Below are positions 1 through 10,205 of a DNA stretch of 64,000 nucleotides, piece after piece. The position numbers and the translations under genes are program-made. The first letter of the stretch is position 1, and every line of letters starts with the position of its first letter. Source of the stretch: an uncultured delta proteobacterium (GTDB lineage: Bacteria > Myxococcota > Kuafuiibacteriia > Kuafuiibacteriales > Kuafuiibacteriaceae); the NCBI GenBank assembly GCA_963803435.1, contig CAWDML010000006.1, positions 96,001 through 160,000 of the forward strand, given 5' to 3'. Under the pieces are notes generated by a model. That model saw only the letters and a list, made by a program, of their open reading frames with translations. It ran no database searches and was not told where the DNA came from.

Positions 1-151
1 AGATCGCGAAGCCGAGCCAGAGCTGCTTCGGCCGCGAGATGGCTCCGCCGGGCGAGGCGCGCCGGTTCTGGCGCCGCCCGAACCACACGGAGAGGCCGCC
101 CACGACCAGGAGCGCGCACGCGATCGCGATCCGGATGGCGGGAGAGAGCAC
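1..151 (-). CDS. 5' part of a membrane protein of unknown function, running off the left edge
   Basis: GTG at 151, just after the hom stop, opens MLSPAIRIAIACALLVVGGLSVWFGRRQ...QLWLGFAI with a hydrophobic helix; the frame is open to the edge. Confidence 0.55.
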   Translation of the reverse strand, partial: MLSPAIRIAIACALLVVGGLSVWFGRRQNRRASPGGAISRPKQLWLGFAI

Positions 152-158
152 GCGCGGA

Positions 159-1397
159 TCACGCCTCCGGCTCGACGGCGAAGGCCACCGGGCGAACGCC
201 GTCCTCGGTCAGGGCGGTCCGGGCATGCTCGATCTCGTCGGCCGTCGCGTCCTGCGTCAGGATCAGGGTCCCGACCGAGGCGTGGCGCGAGCGGCGCAGC
301 TCCAGCACGTCGACACCGGTGCCCGCCAGCCGGGCGCCCAGGCTCGCCACCGAGAGCTCGCTCTTCGGCGGCACGCGCAGCAGCCACGGCGAGACCCACG
401 ATCCAGGCTCCGCCAGGGCCAGCGGTGTCGACGGGCCCCGCTCGGGCAAAGCCCTCGCGCCCGCACCCTCGCGGATGCGCACCAGATCGTGGAGCACCGC
501 GGAGGCCGTCGGCATGCGGCCTGCGCCCTTGCCCAGGTAGAGCTGCCAGCCGATGTGCGCGCACTCGACCTCGACCGCGTTGTACTCCTCGACGGTGAGC
601 CCGACCGCGGAGCTCTTCGGTACCAACGTCGGTGCCACCCGCACGTGCGTCCGTTCGCCGCGCCGGTAGAGGGCCAGCAGCTTCAGGGCGAAGCCCAGCT
701 CCTTGGCCGCCAGATGATCCGCGCGCGCGATCCGCTCGATCCCGGTGGTGCCGATCCGCTCGGGCGCGCACGAACCGCCGCTGAGGAGCGCCACCAGGAT
801 CGCCAGCTTCTGCGCGGTGTCGGCGCCGGTGACATCGAGCGTCGGATCCGCCTCCGCGAAGCCGTTGTCCTGGGCCTCTCGCAGCGCCTCGTCATAGGAC
901 AGGTTCGCCTGCGCGCAGCGCGAGAGGATGAAGTTGCAGGTCCCGTTGAGGATCCCGATCAAACGATCGACCCGATCGAAGATCAGATCGTTCTCGAGGA
1001 TCTCCACGATCGGGAGGCAGCCGGCCACCGAGGCCTCGCAGCGGAAGCCGACCTCGAAGCGCGAGGCCAGCACGCGCAGCTCGTGGCCGTGCGCCGCCAC
1101 GACCGCCTTGTTGGCGGTGACCACGGACCTCCGTCGCTCCAGCGCCGAGCGGATAGCGGGATAGGCCGGGTCGAGCCCGCCCATCAGCTCGACCACCACG
1201 TCGATCGCGTCGTCGGCGAGCACCTCCTCCAGCGTGCCGATGGGGACGCCCGACGGTACCTCGGGGCGCGTCTTCGAGCGATCGCGGACCGCCACGCGCG
1301 CGAGCTGGAGACCGAGGGCGTCGCCGCGCTGGGCGAGCAGCTCGATCAGGCCGCCGCCCACCACACCGCACCCGAGCACGCCCACTCTGAGCGTCAT
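159..1397 (-). CDS. hom: Homoserine dehydrogenase
   Basis: GCGVVGGG NAD-binding motif; VVTANK, EASVAGCLP, GILNGTCNFIL, GFAEADPTLDVTG and GKGAGRMPTASAV motifs; start overlaps the thrC stop. Confidence 0.95.
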   Translation of the reverse strand: MTLRVGVLGCGVVGGGLIELLAQRGDALGLQLARVAVRDRSKTRPEVPSGVPIGTLEEVLADDAIDVVVELMGGLDPAYPAIRSALERRRSVVTANKAVVAAHGHELRVLASRFEVGFRCEASVAGCLPIVEILENDLIFDRVDRLIGILNGTCNFILSRCAQANLSYDEALREAQDNGFAEADPTLDVTGADTAQKLAILVALLSGGSCAPERIGTTGIERIARADHLAAKELGFALKLLALYRRGERTHVRVAPTLVPKSSAVGLTVEEYNAVEVECAHIGWQLYLGKGAGRMPTASAVLHDLVRIREGAGARALPERGPSTPLALAEPGSWVSPWLLRVPPKSELSVASLGARLAGTGVDVLELRRSRHASVGTLILTQDATADEIEHARTALTEDGVRPVAFAVEPEA

Positions 1398-2629
1398 GCC
1401 GCGCTCCTCTCGAAGATGGGACGGAAGGCGGCCAGGCGCTTCTCGATCCGGTGCGGCGCCCGCACGACGCCCTCGATCGCGTCGGTGGTCTTGAGGCCGT
1501 TGCCGGTGATCGCGACGACGGTGGTCGATCCAGGCGCGAACGCCCCTTGGGCGCCCAGCTTGCGGGCGACCGCGACCGCAACCCCGCCTGCGGTCTCCGC
1601 GAAGATGCCCTCGGTGCAGGCGAGGAGGCGGATGCCTTCGATCAGCTCTTCGTCGGTGACGCCGACCGCCGCCCCCCCGCTCTCGGCGATCGACCTGGAG
1701 GCGAAGTAGCCGTCGGCCGGGTTCCCGATCGCGAGGCTCTTCGCGATGGTGTCGGGGCGCACCGGCCGGATCTCGTGATCACCGCGGGCGTAGGCGTCGA
1801 CGATCGGCTGGCAGCCCGCCGCTTGAGCGCCGAACATCCGGGTCGACGCCGCATCGATGAAGCCGATCTCCTTCAGCTCGCTGAAGGCCCTCTGAATCTT
1901 TCCGATCAGCGAGCCGCCCGCCATCGGGCACACCACGTTGTCGGGCGCGCGCCATCCGAGATCTCGCGCGACCTCGTAGCCGAGCGTCTTGCTCCCCTCG
2001 GCGTAGTACGGGCGGAGGTTCACGTTGACGAAGCCGATCGGGTACTGGTCCGCGATCTCGGAGCAGAGCCGGTTGACGTCGTCGTAGTTGCCTTCCACCT
2101 CGACGAGCTCAGGGCCGTAGATCAGGCTGGCAAGCACCTTGGCGCGCTCGAGCCCCGTCGGGATCAGGATGAACGCCCGCAGCCCGGCGCGCGTCGCCTG
2201 CGCCGCGACGCTGTTGGCGAGGTTCCCGGTGGAGGCGCAACCGACCGTGTCGAAGCCGAACTCGACCGCCTTCGCCAGCGCCACCGCGACGACGCGATCC
2301 TTGAAGCTGAGGGTCGGCGCGTTGACCGCGTCGTTCTTGAGCCATAGATCGTCGATGCCGAGGGCCTTGCCGAGACGCGGCGCGCGGATCAGCGGCGTCT
2401 CACCGACCTCGTGTCCGAAGGCGGGCTCGCGCTCGAGCGGGAGCAGCTCGCGGAAGCGGAAGATCCCGCGCGGCCGGCCTTCGACCGCATCTCGCGTCAG
2501 CGCCTCTCGAACGGCGGCATAGTCGTAGCTCGCTTCGAGCGGACCGAAGCACTGCTCGCAGTACGAGCGGGCGAGGACGGCCTCGACCGCTCCACAGACG
2601 CGGCAACGGAGAAAACGGTTGTTCGACAC
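1394..2629 (-). CDS. thrC: Threonine synthase family PLP enzyme (ThrC-like)
   Basis: N-terminal CxxC...CxxC Zn ribbon, PTLSFKDR PLP-lysine motif, CASTGNLANS, EGSKT, SLAIGNPADG, ITGNGLK; GGAGG SD before the GTG. Confidence 0.9.
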   Translation of the reverse strand: MSNNRFLRCRVCGAVEAVLARSYCEQCFGPLEASYDYAAVREALTRDAVEGRPRGIFRFRELLPLEREPAFGHEVGETPLIRAPRLGKALGIDDLWLKNDAVNAPTLSFKDRVVAVALAKAVEFGFDTVGCASTGNLANSVAAQATRAGLRAFILIPTGLERAKVLASLIYGPELVEVEGNYDDVNRLCSEIADQYPIGFVNVNLRPYYAEGSKTLGYEVARDLGWRAPDNVVCPMAGGSLIGKIQRAFSELKEIGFIDAASTRMFGAQAAGCQPIVDAYARGDHEIRPVRPDTIAKSLAIGNPADGYFASRSIAESGGAAVGVTDEELIEGIRLLACTEGIFAETAGGVAVAVARKLGAQGAFAPGSTTVVAITGNGLKTTDAIEGVVRAPHRIEKRLAAFRPIFERSAA

Positions 2630-2635
2630 GATGCA

Positions 2636-2667
2636 CCTCCTGCGAGCCCGTGGGCGCGCTCAGGAGG
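2636..2667 (-). promoter_or_regulatory. SD-sequestering hairpin (riboswitch expression platform) for thrC
   Basis: On the minus strand CCTCCTG (2667-2661) pairs with CAGGAGG (2642-2636), which contains the thrC Shine-Dalgarno; there is an inner GCCC/GGGC stem. Confidence 0.65.
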
Positions 2668-2704
2668 CCGGTTGAGGGAAACGTCGGGGGCGTCCATCGC
2701 CTTT

Positions 2705-2831
2705 GCTCATCTCCCACGAACCCGGCGCTCCGGTTCGTGCGGGATTTGGCACCATACCGGTCGGAGCTCGCGCTCAGGCCGGCTGGTTGCCGTGGGGTCG
2801 ACGGGCCCGTCCCTCGCCCACTCTCGATGAC
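2705..2831 (-). ncRNA. SAM-I (S-box) riboswitch
   Basis: The minus strand reads GTCATCGAGAG-TGGGCGAGGGACGGGCCCGTCGACCCCACGGCAACC...ATGGTGCCAAATCC...GGGAGATGAGC, matching the SAM-I hallmarks ATCxAGAG, GAGGGAcxGGCCC, GGCAACC, GGTGCcAAxTCC and AGATGA; it lies 5' of an aspartate-family operon. Confidence 0.92.
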
Positions 2832-2909
2832 GTCGCCAGCATAGCCGCTCCCTGCGATCCTTGCATCTCGGATCTTCATCCGGCCTGGTTTTTCTGGTCC
2901 TCTCCTGCG

Positions 2910-3722
2910 GTGCACTTCCGCGGGAAGGTGGCGATCGTCACCGGCGCAGGCTCTGGCATCGGACGCGCTGTGGGCGAGGCGCTCGCTCGCCGCGGCGCGA
3001 TCGCGATCCTGACGGACATCCAGGGCGACGCCGTCGAGTCGGTCGGCGCCGTGCTGCGGGGCGAGGGGCTCGACGTCGTCTCGGAGACCCTCGACGTCAC
3101 CGACGCGGAGTCGGTCGGGGCGCTGGTCGACCGCACCGTCGATCGCTACGGAAAGCTGGACTTCATGTTCAACAACGCGGGGATCGGCCTCGCCGGCCGC
3201 ACGCACCTGCACGCGCTCGCGGACTGGCAGCCGATCCTCCGCGTGAACCTCGACGGCGTGATCCACGGCGTGCAGGCCGCCTACCGCCAGATGGTCCGGC
3301 AGGGACACGGGCACATCGTCAACACGGCCTCGGTCGCCGGGCTGTGCCCGATACCCTTTGGTGTCGTCTACGCGGCCACGAAGCACGCGGTCGTCGGTCT
3401 CACCACCAGCTTGGCGGTGGAGGCCGCACTCCACGGCGTGAAGGTGAGCGCGGTCTGTCCAGGCTACATCGACACGGCGATCTTCGAGAGCGGACGCTAC
3501 ATCGGCATGGATCGCGCCGGCGCCCTCAGGAGCATTCCGGTGCGGGCCACCTCCGCCAGCGACGCCGCCAAGGAGATCCTGATCGGCGTGGAGAAGGGCA
3601 AGGTGATCATCCCGGTCACGCTCTTCGCCAAGCTGATGTGGTGGCTCTATCGCCTCTCTCCCGAGCTGGCGATCAAGCTCCTGATCCGCAACGTTCGCCA
3701 GCAGGAGGAGCTCCGCACCTGA
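2910..3722 (+). CDS. Short-chain dehydrogenase/reductase (SDR)
   Basis: TGAGSGIG, NNAGIG and YAATK (YxxxK) motifs; start moved to GTG 2910 because the longer ORF overlaps the riboswitch. Confidence 0.92.
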   Translation: MHFRGKVAIVTGAGSGIGRAVGEALARRGAIAILTDIQGDAVESVGAVLRGEGLDVVSETLDVTDAESVGALVDRTVDRYGKLDFMFNNAGIGLAGRTHLHALADWQPILRVNLDGVIHGVQAAYRQMVRQGHGHIVNTASVAGLCPIPFGVVYAATKHAVVGLTTSLAVEAALHGVKVSAVCPGYIDTAIFESGRYIGMDRAGALRSIPVRATSASDAAKEILIGVEKGKVIIPVTLFAKLMWWLYRLSPELAIKLLIRNVRQQEELRT

Positions 3723-3725
3723 GGC

Positions 3726-5528
3726 TCACGCGCCGCCGCCGCCGAGCGCTTCGATCACCTCGCGCGGCGCATCCCACTCCGGCACCTCGCGCGCGACGCG
3801 CTCCAGCTCTTCGATCGCCTCTCCGACCCGCTCCATCCGTGCCAGACAGCTTGCGCGATTGAAGCGTACGAACGAGATCCCGGGCGCGGTCGCGAGGACC
3901 GCGTCGTAGAGCTCGAGCGCCTCCGGATCACGGCCCGCCGCCGAGAGAAGCACGCCCAGCTCGAGCACCGCCTCCACGTGCGACGGCTGGAGCTCGAGAG
4001 CCCGGCGGAGCAGGTCGGTCGCCTGCTCGATCTGTCCGTTGGAGGCGTAGATGCGCCCGAGTTGACACGCCTTGTCGGCCAGGTGCGGAAACTCGTCGGG
4101 TCCGGACTCGAACGGCGGCCAGGACTCGAGCCGCGCGTGCCACTCCATCGCGGCGGCCGAGCCGAGCAGATCCTGGTATCGATCGACCGTGGCCCGCGCC
4201 TCCCCGACCTTCCCGGCCGAAGCGAGGGCCGCCACCAGGTTGACGAGCGCGATCGCGTCCTCCGGCATCGCTTCGACGGCGGCTTCGGCACATGCGATCG
4301 CCTCCGCGTGCTCCCGCCGGCGGCGCAGGATCGCGCTGAGGTTGGTCCACGCCCGCGGCTCCGGCTCTTCCCCCTTCGCCGCGCGCCGGTAGGCATCGAC
4401 GGCACCGTCGACGTCTCCGCCGATGAAGCGTGTCACGCCGTCGAGGAACACGATCCGCCCCGATTCCTTCCAGTCCTCGGACGCGAGCGCCATCCCCAGC
4501 ACGCGCCGGGCCGCCTCCACGTTGCGCTCGATCGTGAGCGCGTCGACGACGTCCTCGATCTCGCGCGCGGAGAGCTCCTCGAGGAGCGCGCTTGCCTCAT
4601 CCCAGGCACCCGCATCGATGGCGAGCTTCATCTTCACCGCGAGCTCGTCCTCCTGCTCGCTCCCCTCCTGGCGCCCCACCACCTGGACGGTCACGCCGAT
4701 GTCCGGGAGCAGGGTCGCCGGCCAGTCGGTCACGCCGGCACAGTCGAGCAGAAGGATGACGGTGTCGAGCCCGCGATAGAGATCGGGGTCGGCGTAGATC
4801 GCGCGCTCCTCCTCGGTCTGGGGCGGGACCAGGCCACCGATCACGTGCGTGATCCCTTCGTGCTCCCGGAACACCTGCGCCGGGATCCGCGGCCCCAGCG
4901 CGATCACGAGATCGCTCGAGTCCCAGGACGCGATCACGACGTCCAAGAAACGCGTCCGCGAGAGCTTGAGGTGGCCGATCTCGAGCTCGGCCTCCATCTG
5001 CTCGGGCACCACCACGCGGTCGATCTCGACCGCGGGGAGGCCGCGGTCCGCCGGGCGTTCCGCATCGAGGGCGTAGATGAAGCGGTTGCCGATCGTGAGG
5101 CGCTCGGCCGCGTAGGCGGAGGGCAGGAAGCCCTCCGGGAGCTGGTTGAGGAGGAGGATCTCGGTGACGTTCGATCGCATCTCGGGGCGTTCGATCGAAT
5201 AGGGCGCGGCGGCGTCCCAGATCGGCATCATCACCAGCAGGCTCGCGTGCGCCTGCGTTCGGAGCACGACGCCGCGGCGCTCGATGACCAGCACCGGATC
5301 ACCTTCGATGGCCGGGACCTCTTCCTCGTCCTCGGCCGCCTCGCTCGTTTGCGTCGCCGGCTTCAAGCTCCGGCGGTCGAGCTCCTGCTCGAGGGCCTGC
5401 CTCGAACCGATGGTCAGCGATCCGCGCGACTCGGCCAGCCGGAGGAGCTCGTCGTCCGGGATCTGCGAATAGTCGACGCGATCCGCGGATCCGCCGAGCA
5501 AGCCTTTGAAGAGATCGCCGAGGCCCAC
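3726..5528 (-). CDS. Tetratricopeptide repeat protein
   Basis: The C-terminal half has several TPR-like repeats (AWTNLSAIL...AIACAEAAVEAMPED; LGRIYASNGQIEQATDLLRRALELQPSH); start uncertain (GTG 5528 or ATG 5573). Confidence 0.75.
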   Translation of the reverse strand: MGLGDLFKGLLGGSADRVDYSQIPDDELLRLAESRGSLTIGSRQALEQELDRRSLKPATQTSEAAEDEEEVPAIEGDPVLVIERRGVVLRTQAHASLLVMMPIWDAAAPYSIERPEMRSNVTEILLLNQLPEGFLPSAYAAERLTIGNRFIYALDAERPADRGLPAVEIDRVVVPEQMEAELEIGHLKLSRTRFLDVVIASWDSSDLVIALGPRIPAQVFREHEGITHVIGGLVPPQTEEERAIYADPDLYRGLDTVILLLDCAGVTDWPATLLPDIGVTVQVVGRQEGSEQEDELAVKMKLAIDAGAWDEASALLEELSAREIEDVVDALTIERNVEAARRVLGMALASEDWKESGRIVFLDGVTRFIGGDVDGAVDAYRRAAKGEEPEPRAWTNLSAILRRRREHAEAIACAEAAVEAMPEDAIALVNLVAALASAGKVGEARATVDRYQDLLGSAAAMEWHARLESWPPFESGPDEFPHLADKACQLGRIYASNGQIEQATDLLRRALELQPSHVEAVLELGVLLSAAGRDPEALELYDAVLATAPGISFVRFNRASCLARMERVGEAIEELERVAREVPEWDAPREVIEALGGGGA

Positions 5529-5666
5529 GTGTGTCCGTCTGTACACCGTGGGGATCCGGTGCACCACCGGCATCGAAAGCGAGGGCTCAGCGCCTCGATC
5601 TCGGCGCGCGCGACGCGTCGATCGGGCGCAACGATCGGTGGCACGACGATGGCACTTCGGGGAGTG

Positions 5667-8600
5667 ATGCCCCGCCGTCTACTCGTCCTGCTCCTCGCGC
5701 TCACCTCGTCCGCGTGCCTCGAGAAGTGCGCTCCCGGCCGGGTCGGTTCGGGCGTCGCGCGACTGACGGTCCGCAACGTGGGAACGATCCTCGACTTGAT
5801 CAACTCCGACGATCGCTGCGGGTTCGAGAGCGCGGGCGTGAAGGCGGGCTTCACGGCTTCAGGCGAGCCGGGAAAGCTGGGCTCGGTCACCTGGACCGTC
5901 CAGGCCTGCGAGATCGATCTCAGCGCGGCGCCGAAGGTCGTGTCCGATTGCAACGACAGCGCGACCAGCATCCGCGGCCGGATCGTCGTCAGCGCCCGCC
6001 GGACCGTCGCAGGCAAGCTCACCGGCGACCTCGAGGAGCCGGTCATCCCGCTCTCCCCCGACGCCGTTACGCTCGAGCTGACCGACGTCGAGCTCTTCGA
6101 TTTCACGGTCGCGGACGCCTCCGGCGAGAACGAGCTGAGCCAGCGCACCGGACACCTCTCCGCGGTGGCGAGACCGCGCCTGGCCGCCGACGCCGACGGG
6201 ATCTGCCAGATCGCAACGCCGAACGTCGAGATCAGCCGGATCCGATACACCGACGCCACCGCTCACGTGCACGCCGACGGCCACAGCTTCGACGTGGTGA
6301 TCCCGCGCTCCGATCTCACCGCGGTGAACGGCGTGCACGGCGATCAGGAGAACCGGATCTTCGGATCGGTCGCCATCTGGGGCAAGACGAAGACGTTCCG
6401 GAACGAGGGAGAGGAGCTCGATCCCGAGTACGATCGGGAGACCTTCCTGAGCAGCTTCGCGTGTACCGACGGCCTCGCGGCGCCCCTGTCGTTCGAGTGC
6501 GGAGACGTCGGCGCGCTCCTGGCGCAGGGCGCGGCGCGGCTGACGATCCGCAGCCTCGGCGCGATCACCGATCTCATCGAGCACGACACGACCTGCGGCT
6601 TCTCGAGCGACGCGGTGCTCTCGAGCGTCGAGCTCTCTGCGGCCGCGGGAGAGCTCGGCGAGGCGCGCTTCCGCGTCGAGCGCTGCTCGATCGAGCTACC
6701 GGAGGGCACGGTGCTGAAGGAGAGCTGCCGGGGCGAGCCGACCGTCATCTCGGGGCGCGTCACGGTGACCGGGGAGAAGATCATGAACGGCCGCCTCACC
6801 GGCGACCTGATCCAGCCGGTCGTTCCGATGAACGACCACCCCGCGCACTTCGACTTGTCGCGGATCGAATTCTCGAGCTTCACGGTGGAGGAGGACGGCA
6901 CCTCGCTCCGCCAGATCTCCGGCGCGCTGACCGCGCAGGTCGACCCTCGAACCGCGCTGGACACGACGCTCGACGCCTGCGGCTTCGAGACGCCGATCGC
7001 GCGCATGCGCGGGGTCGCCTACCTCGAGCCGACGCAGGTCATGATCCACGCCGAGCAGGGCTCCTTCTCCGCCACCGTCGACGCCGCAATGCTCGACGCG
7101 GTCAACGGCACCTGGGACGGCGAGAGCAACGCGCTCAGCGGGAGCATCACGCTCGAGGGCGACTCGTACAGGCTGCCCGTCGATCCGGCCGATCCCGGTC
7201 TGGATCCGGACTTCGATCAGACGGCGTTCGACGAGGGCTGGGCCTGCGGAACCGTCGATCGGGATCACCCGTTCGAGTGCCGCTTCGGGGCGCCGCTCGC
7301 CCAGGGCGCCGCCCAGCTGACCGCGATCGCGCTCGGCACCCTGGCCCGCGCCCTCGACGACGACCAGAGCTGTGGCTTCTCGAGCGCTCCGGTGCTGGCG
7401 GGCGCGGCGATCCAGGGCGCGCTGGGGGAGCCGGGCGGGAGCGCCACCTTCACGATCGAGCAACCGTGCGTGCTCAGCTATCCCGAGCCGACCGTGCTGG
7501 AGGAGGACTGCAACGGCAAGAAGACCCTGGCGCAGGGCACCGCCCGCGTCAGCGGCACCAAGACGCTGCGCGGGTACGTCTCCGGTGACCCGCTGGAGCC
7601 GATCGTCCCCACGTCGCGCGATCCTGCAGAGCTGGCGCTCGCGATCGACTTCGACGAGCTCTCCATCTGGACCGACCCGGGCGAGAACCAGCTCAGGGCG
7701 CACGGCGGTCGACTCACCGGGACCCTTCGGCCGCGCACGGCCATCGACAGCGAGACCGGGGCCTGCTCGATCCCCACGCCCGTCGCCGTGCTGGACGGGA
7801 TGACCTGGACCGGTGGTGACCTCACGATTGTGAGCGAGAACCGCGCGTTCCACATCGCGGTGGCGGACTCGAAGCTCATCGCCGTCAACGGCGAGCGGGA
7901 CGGGGCGGAGAACACGCTCGAGGGCACGCTCACCCTCGACGGTGATCGTTACGCGATCCCGGTCGAGGGCGGTCTCGGGCTCGATCCCGACTATGATCCG
8001 CAGCGCTTCACCGACAGCTTCGCATGCACGCCCAACCTGGTGATCCCGGCGTCCGAAGCGGACTGCAACCTGAACGAGCCGCTCGGCGGCGGGGTCGCGC
8101 GGCTCCTCATCTCGGCGCTCGGATCCGTGGCCGGGCTCGCGAACGGCGACCAGTTCGGCTGTGCGTTCGGCGCCACCGGTACGCTGACCGACCCGATCCG
8201 CGTGGACGGGGACGTCGGTCAGCAGGGCGAGATGGAGTGGCGGATTGAGGGTTGCCGGCTCACTTACGACCCCGGCGCCCGGCCGTACGAGACCGACTGC
8301 CTGGGGACCCGCTCGTACCTCTACGGCCTGGCCTCGGTGACGGGAAACCGGGTGGTGAGCGGCATCCGGAACCAGATCGACATCCTGTTCTTCTCGATCG
8401 ACTCGATCATTCCCAACGACCCGCGCTCGGTGACCGTCACCTTCGACGACATCCGCTTCGAGGACTTCGAGTCGTTCGACCTCGATCAGGATCGATCGGT
8501 CCCCGATCGACGGATTCCGCATCGCGGCGGCCGACATGAGCGCGGTGGTGGAGCCGGTCACCGGCGAGAACGACGGCCAAGGCGGAGGCATCCCCGCGCC

Positions 8601-8907
8601 GCAGGCGGGTGCGTTCGACGTGCCGACGAAGGTCGCCCGCATGCACGACGTCCACGTCGGCGATGCCGACGTGACGATCCTCTACGCCGGGAAGACGTTC
8701 AACGTGCACGTCGATCGGGCCAGCCTGTATGCGTTCAACGGATCGTGGAGCCGCGCGGGCGAGACCAACGTGATCTCCGGAGAGATCTCCGTGAACGGGC
8801 AGCTCGTTACTCTGGCGCCGCAGGCCCTCGACCCCGACTACGACCAGGCCGACTTCGACAGCCGGTACGCATGCACGCCCAATCTGGTGGCGACGCTGCC
8901 GCCGTGA
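5667..8907 (+). CDS. Large lipoprotein with four tandem ~260-aa Cys-containing repeats; one apparent frameshift near 8517
   Basis: MPRRLLVLLLALTSSAC lipobox. Repeats start at 5751, 6528, 7305 and 8091 with G(V/A)A(R/Q)L...C(G/A)F and end with LDP(D/E)(Y/F)DxxxFxxx(F/W/Y)AC. Repeat 4 is completed by ORF 8536..8907 in another frame. Confidence 0.8.
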
Positions 8908-8951
8908 GCCGGGTTCGACGACCCCGAACCCGCTGAGGTAGGCTGGTCCGG

Positions 8952-10205
8952 ATGCGCCGAGCGGTCTTGATCGCGCTGGCCGTCTCGTGGGCCCCTCCGG
9001 CCCTCGCCCACCTCTCCCGGCCCGAGAACCGAGACCCCGAGCCGCTTCAGTACGACCTCGAGGATCGGGTGCTGGTCTATCCCACGCCGGGGGGCCGAGT
9101 GCTCGTCCACTACGTCATCGAGGGACGGAATGGCGTGGGTCTCGAGAACCTCGACGGCGACGCGGTCGTGGATCGCGTGGAGCGGATCGGCGCGGCCTAC
9201 GATCGGGCGCTCGAAGTCTTCACCGCCACCGTTGGCTTCGAGGCGCCCCGATCGGACGAGGATCAGATCCCGCAGAACGGCGGCGACGATCGCATCGACG
9301 TCTACGTCCTCGACGTCGATCCCACTCCCGGTGGGATCCTCGTCGAAGGCTGTGCGCCCGAGCGAGCGCCGTCCTGCTGGGGCTTCATCCTCCACCCCGT
9401 CCACACGACGGACGATGAGCGCTTCGCCCAGCGCGAGCTCTTCCGTCTGATCCTGGCCGGGTACTACGCGTACTTCGACCGGCCTCTGGAGCTCGGGACC
9501 GCATCGTGGGCCGCCGGTGATCCGAGCGCGCTCGCTGCTTATCTCACCGCGCCCGAGCGGACCCTGGGCGAGCTGGACGGACCGGCAGGGGATGGCGGCG
9601 TGGGACCGTTCTTGATCCACCTCGCCCAGCGCCGCGGGCGGGATCCGATCCGCGCGCTCTGGCGCGAGATCGCGGCGGCCCCGGCACGGCCCGACTGGCG
9701 CCTACTGCTCGACGAGGTGCTGAACCGCCAGGGCGGATCGCTCGACGAGGAGTTCACGAGCTTTGCCCTCGACAACGCCGACCGGGGCGCACGCCTCGAC
9801 GCGCTCGGCGACGAGCTCCCGGAGCTGGCGCCCCTCTCCGCGCGCTACTTCCGGATCGATCGCGGCACGGTCACGCCGACCCCGGCCGACCTCGGCCCGC
9901 TGAGGATCAGCCGGGTGGACACGCTGCTGACCGTGATCAATCCGAGCCTGTCCACCATCGGTGCCTCTCGTCTCGAGAATGGAGAGGGCGGCTGCACCTG
10001 CGCCAGCGGGCCGAGGGCCGGGCCGTTCCGCGCGCTCGCACTGGGGCTCCTGCTGCTGGTTCGAGGAGCCCCTACTCGATCGCGATCCGGAGCTCGGCGC
10101 CGATCACCTCGACGTCCCCCCACGCGCCGGCGATCCGGACGCGCGCAGCGTCGCGCTCGAACCGATCGATCCGGCCGAGCGAGTCCATCCCGCAGGCCAG
10201 ATTGA
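8952..10205 (+). CDS. Secreted myxobacterial metalloprotease-like protein (MXAN_6640-like) with a MYXO-CTERM-like tail
   Basis: Signal peptide; DGDAVVDRVE, GFEAPRSD and NGGDDRIDVYVLD segments; C-terminal GGCTCA + hydrophobic stretch + Arg-rich tail; the expected HExxH position reads RELFR. Confidence 0.6.
   Translation: MRRAVLIALAVSWAPPALAHLSRPENRDPEPLQYDLEDRVLVYPTPGGRVLVHYVIEGRNGVGLENLDGDAVVDRVERIGAAYDRALEVFTATVGFEAPRSDEDQIPQNGGDDRIDVYVLDVDPTPGGILVEGCAPERAPSCWGFILHPVHTTDDERFAQRELFRLILAGYYAYFDRPLELGTASWAAGDPSALAAYLTAPERTLGELDGPAGDGGVGPFLIHLAQRRGRDPIRALWREIAAAPARPDWRLLLDEVLNRQGGSLDEEFTSFALDNADRGARLDALGDELPELAPLSARYFRIDRGTVTPTPADLGPLRISRVDTLLTVINPSLSTIGASRLENGEGGCTCASGPRAGPFRALALGLLLLVRGAPTRSRSGARRRSPRRPPTRRRSGRAQRRARTDRSGRASPSRRPD

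Noticed and set aside
3978-5666. N-terminal 560 aa of the 1652-aa ORF 3978..8936
   Set aside because: Antisense shadow of the TPR gene; the real protein starts at the lipoprotein signal near 5649/5667.
5751-8900. ~777-nt periodicity as a possible DNA tandem repeat or array
   Set aside because: Similarity is at protein level with diverged DNA; reported as a domain repeat instead.
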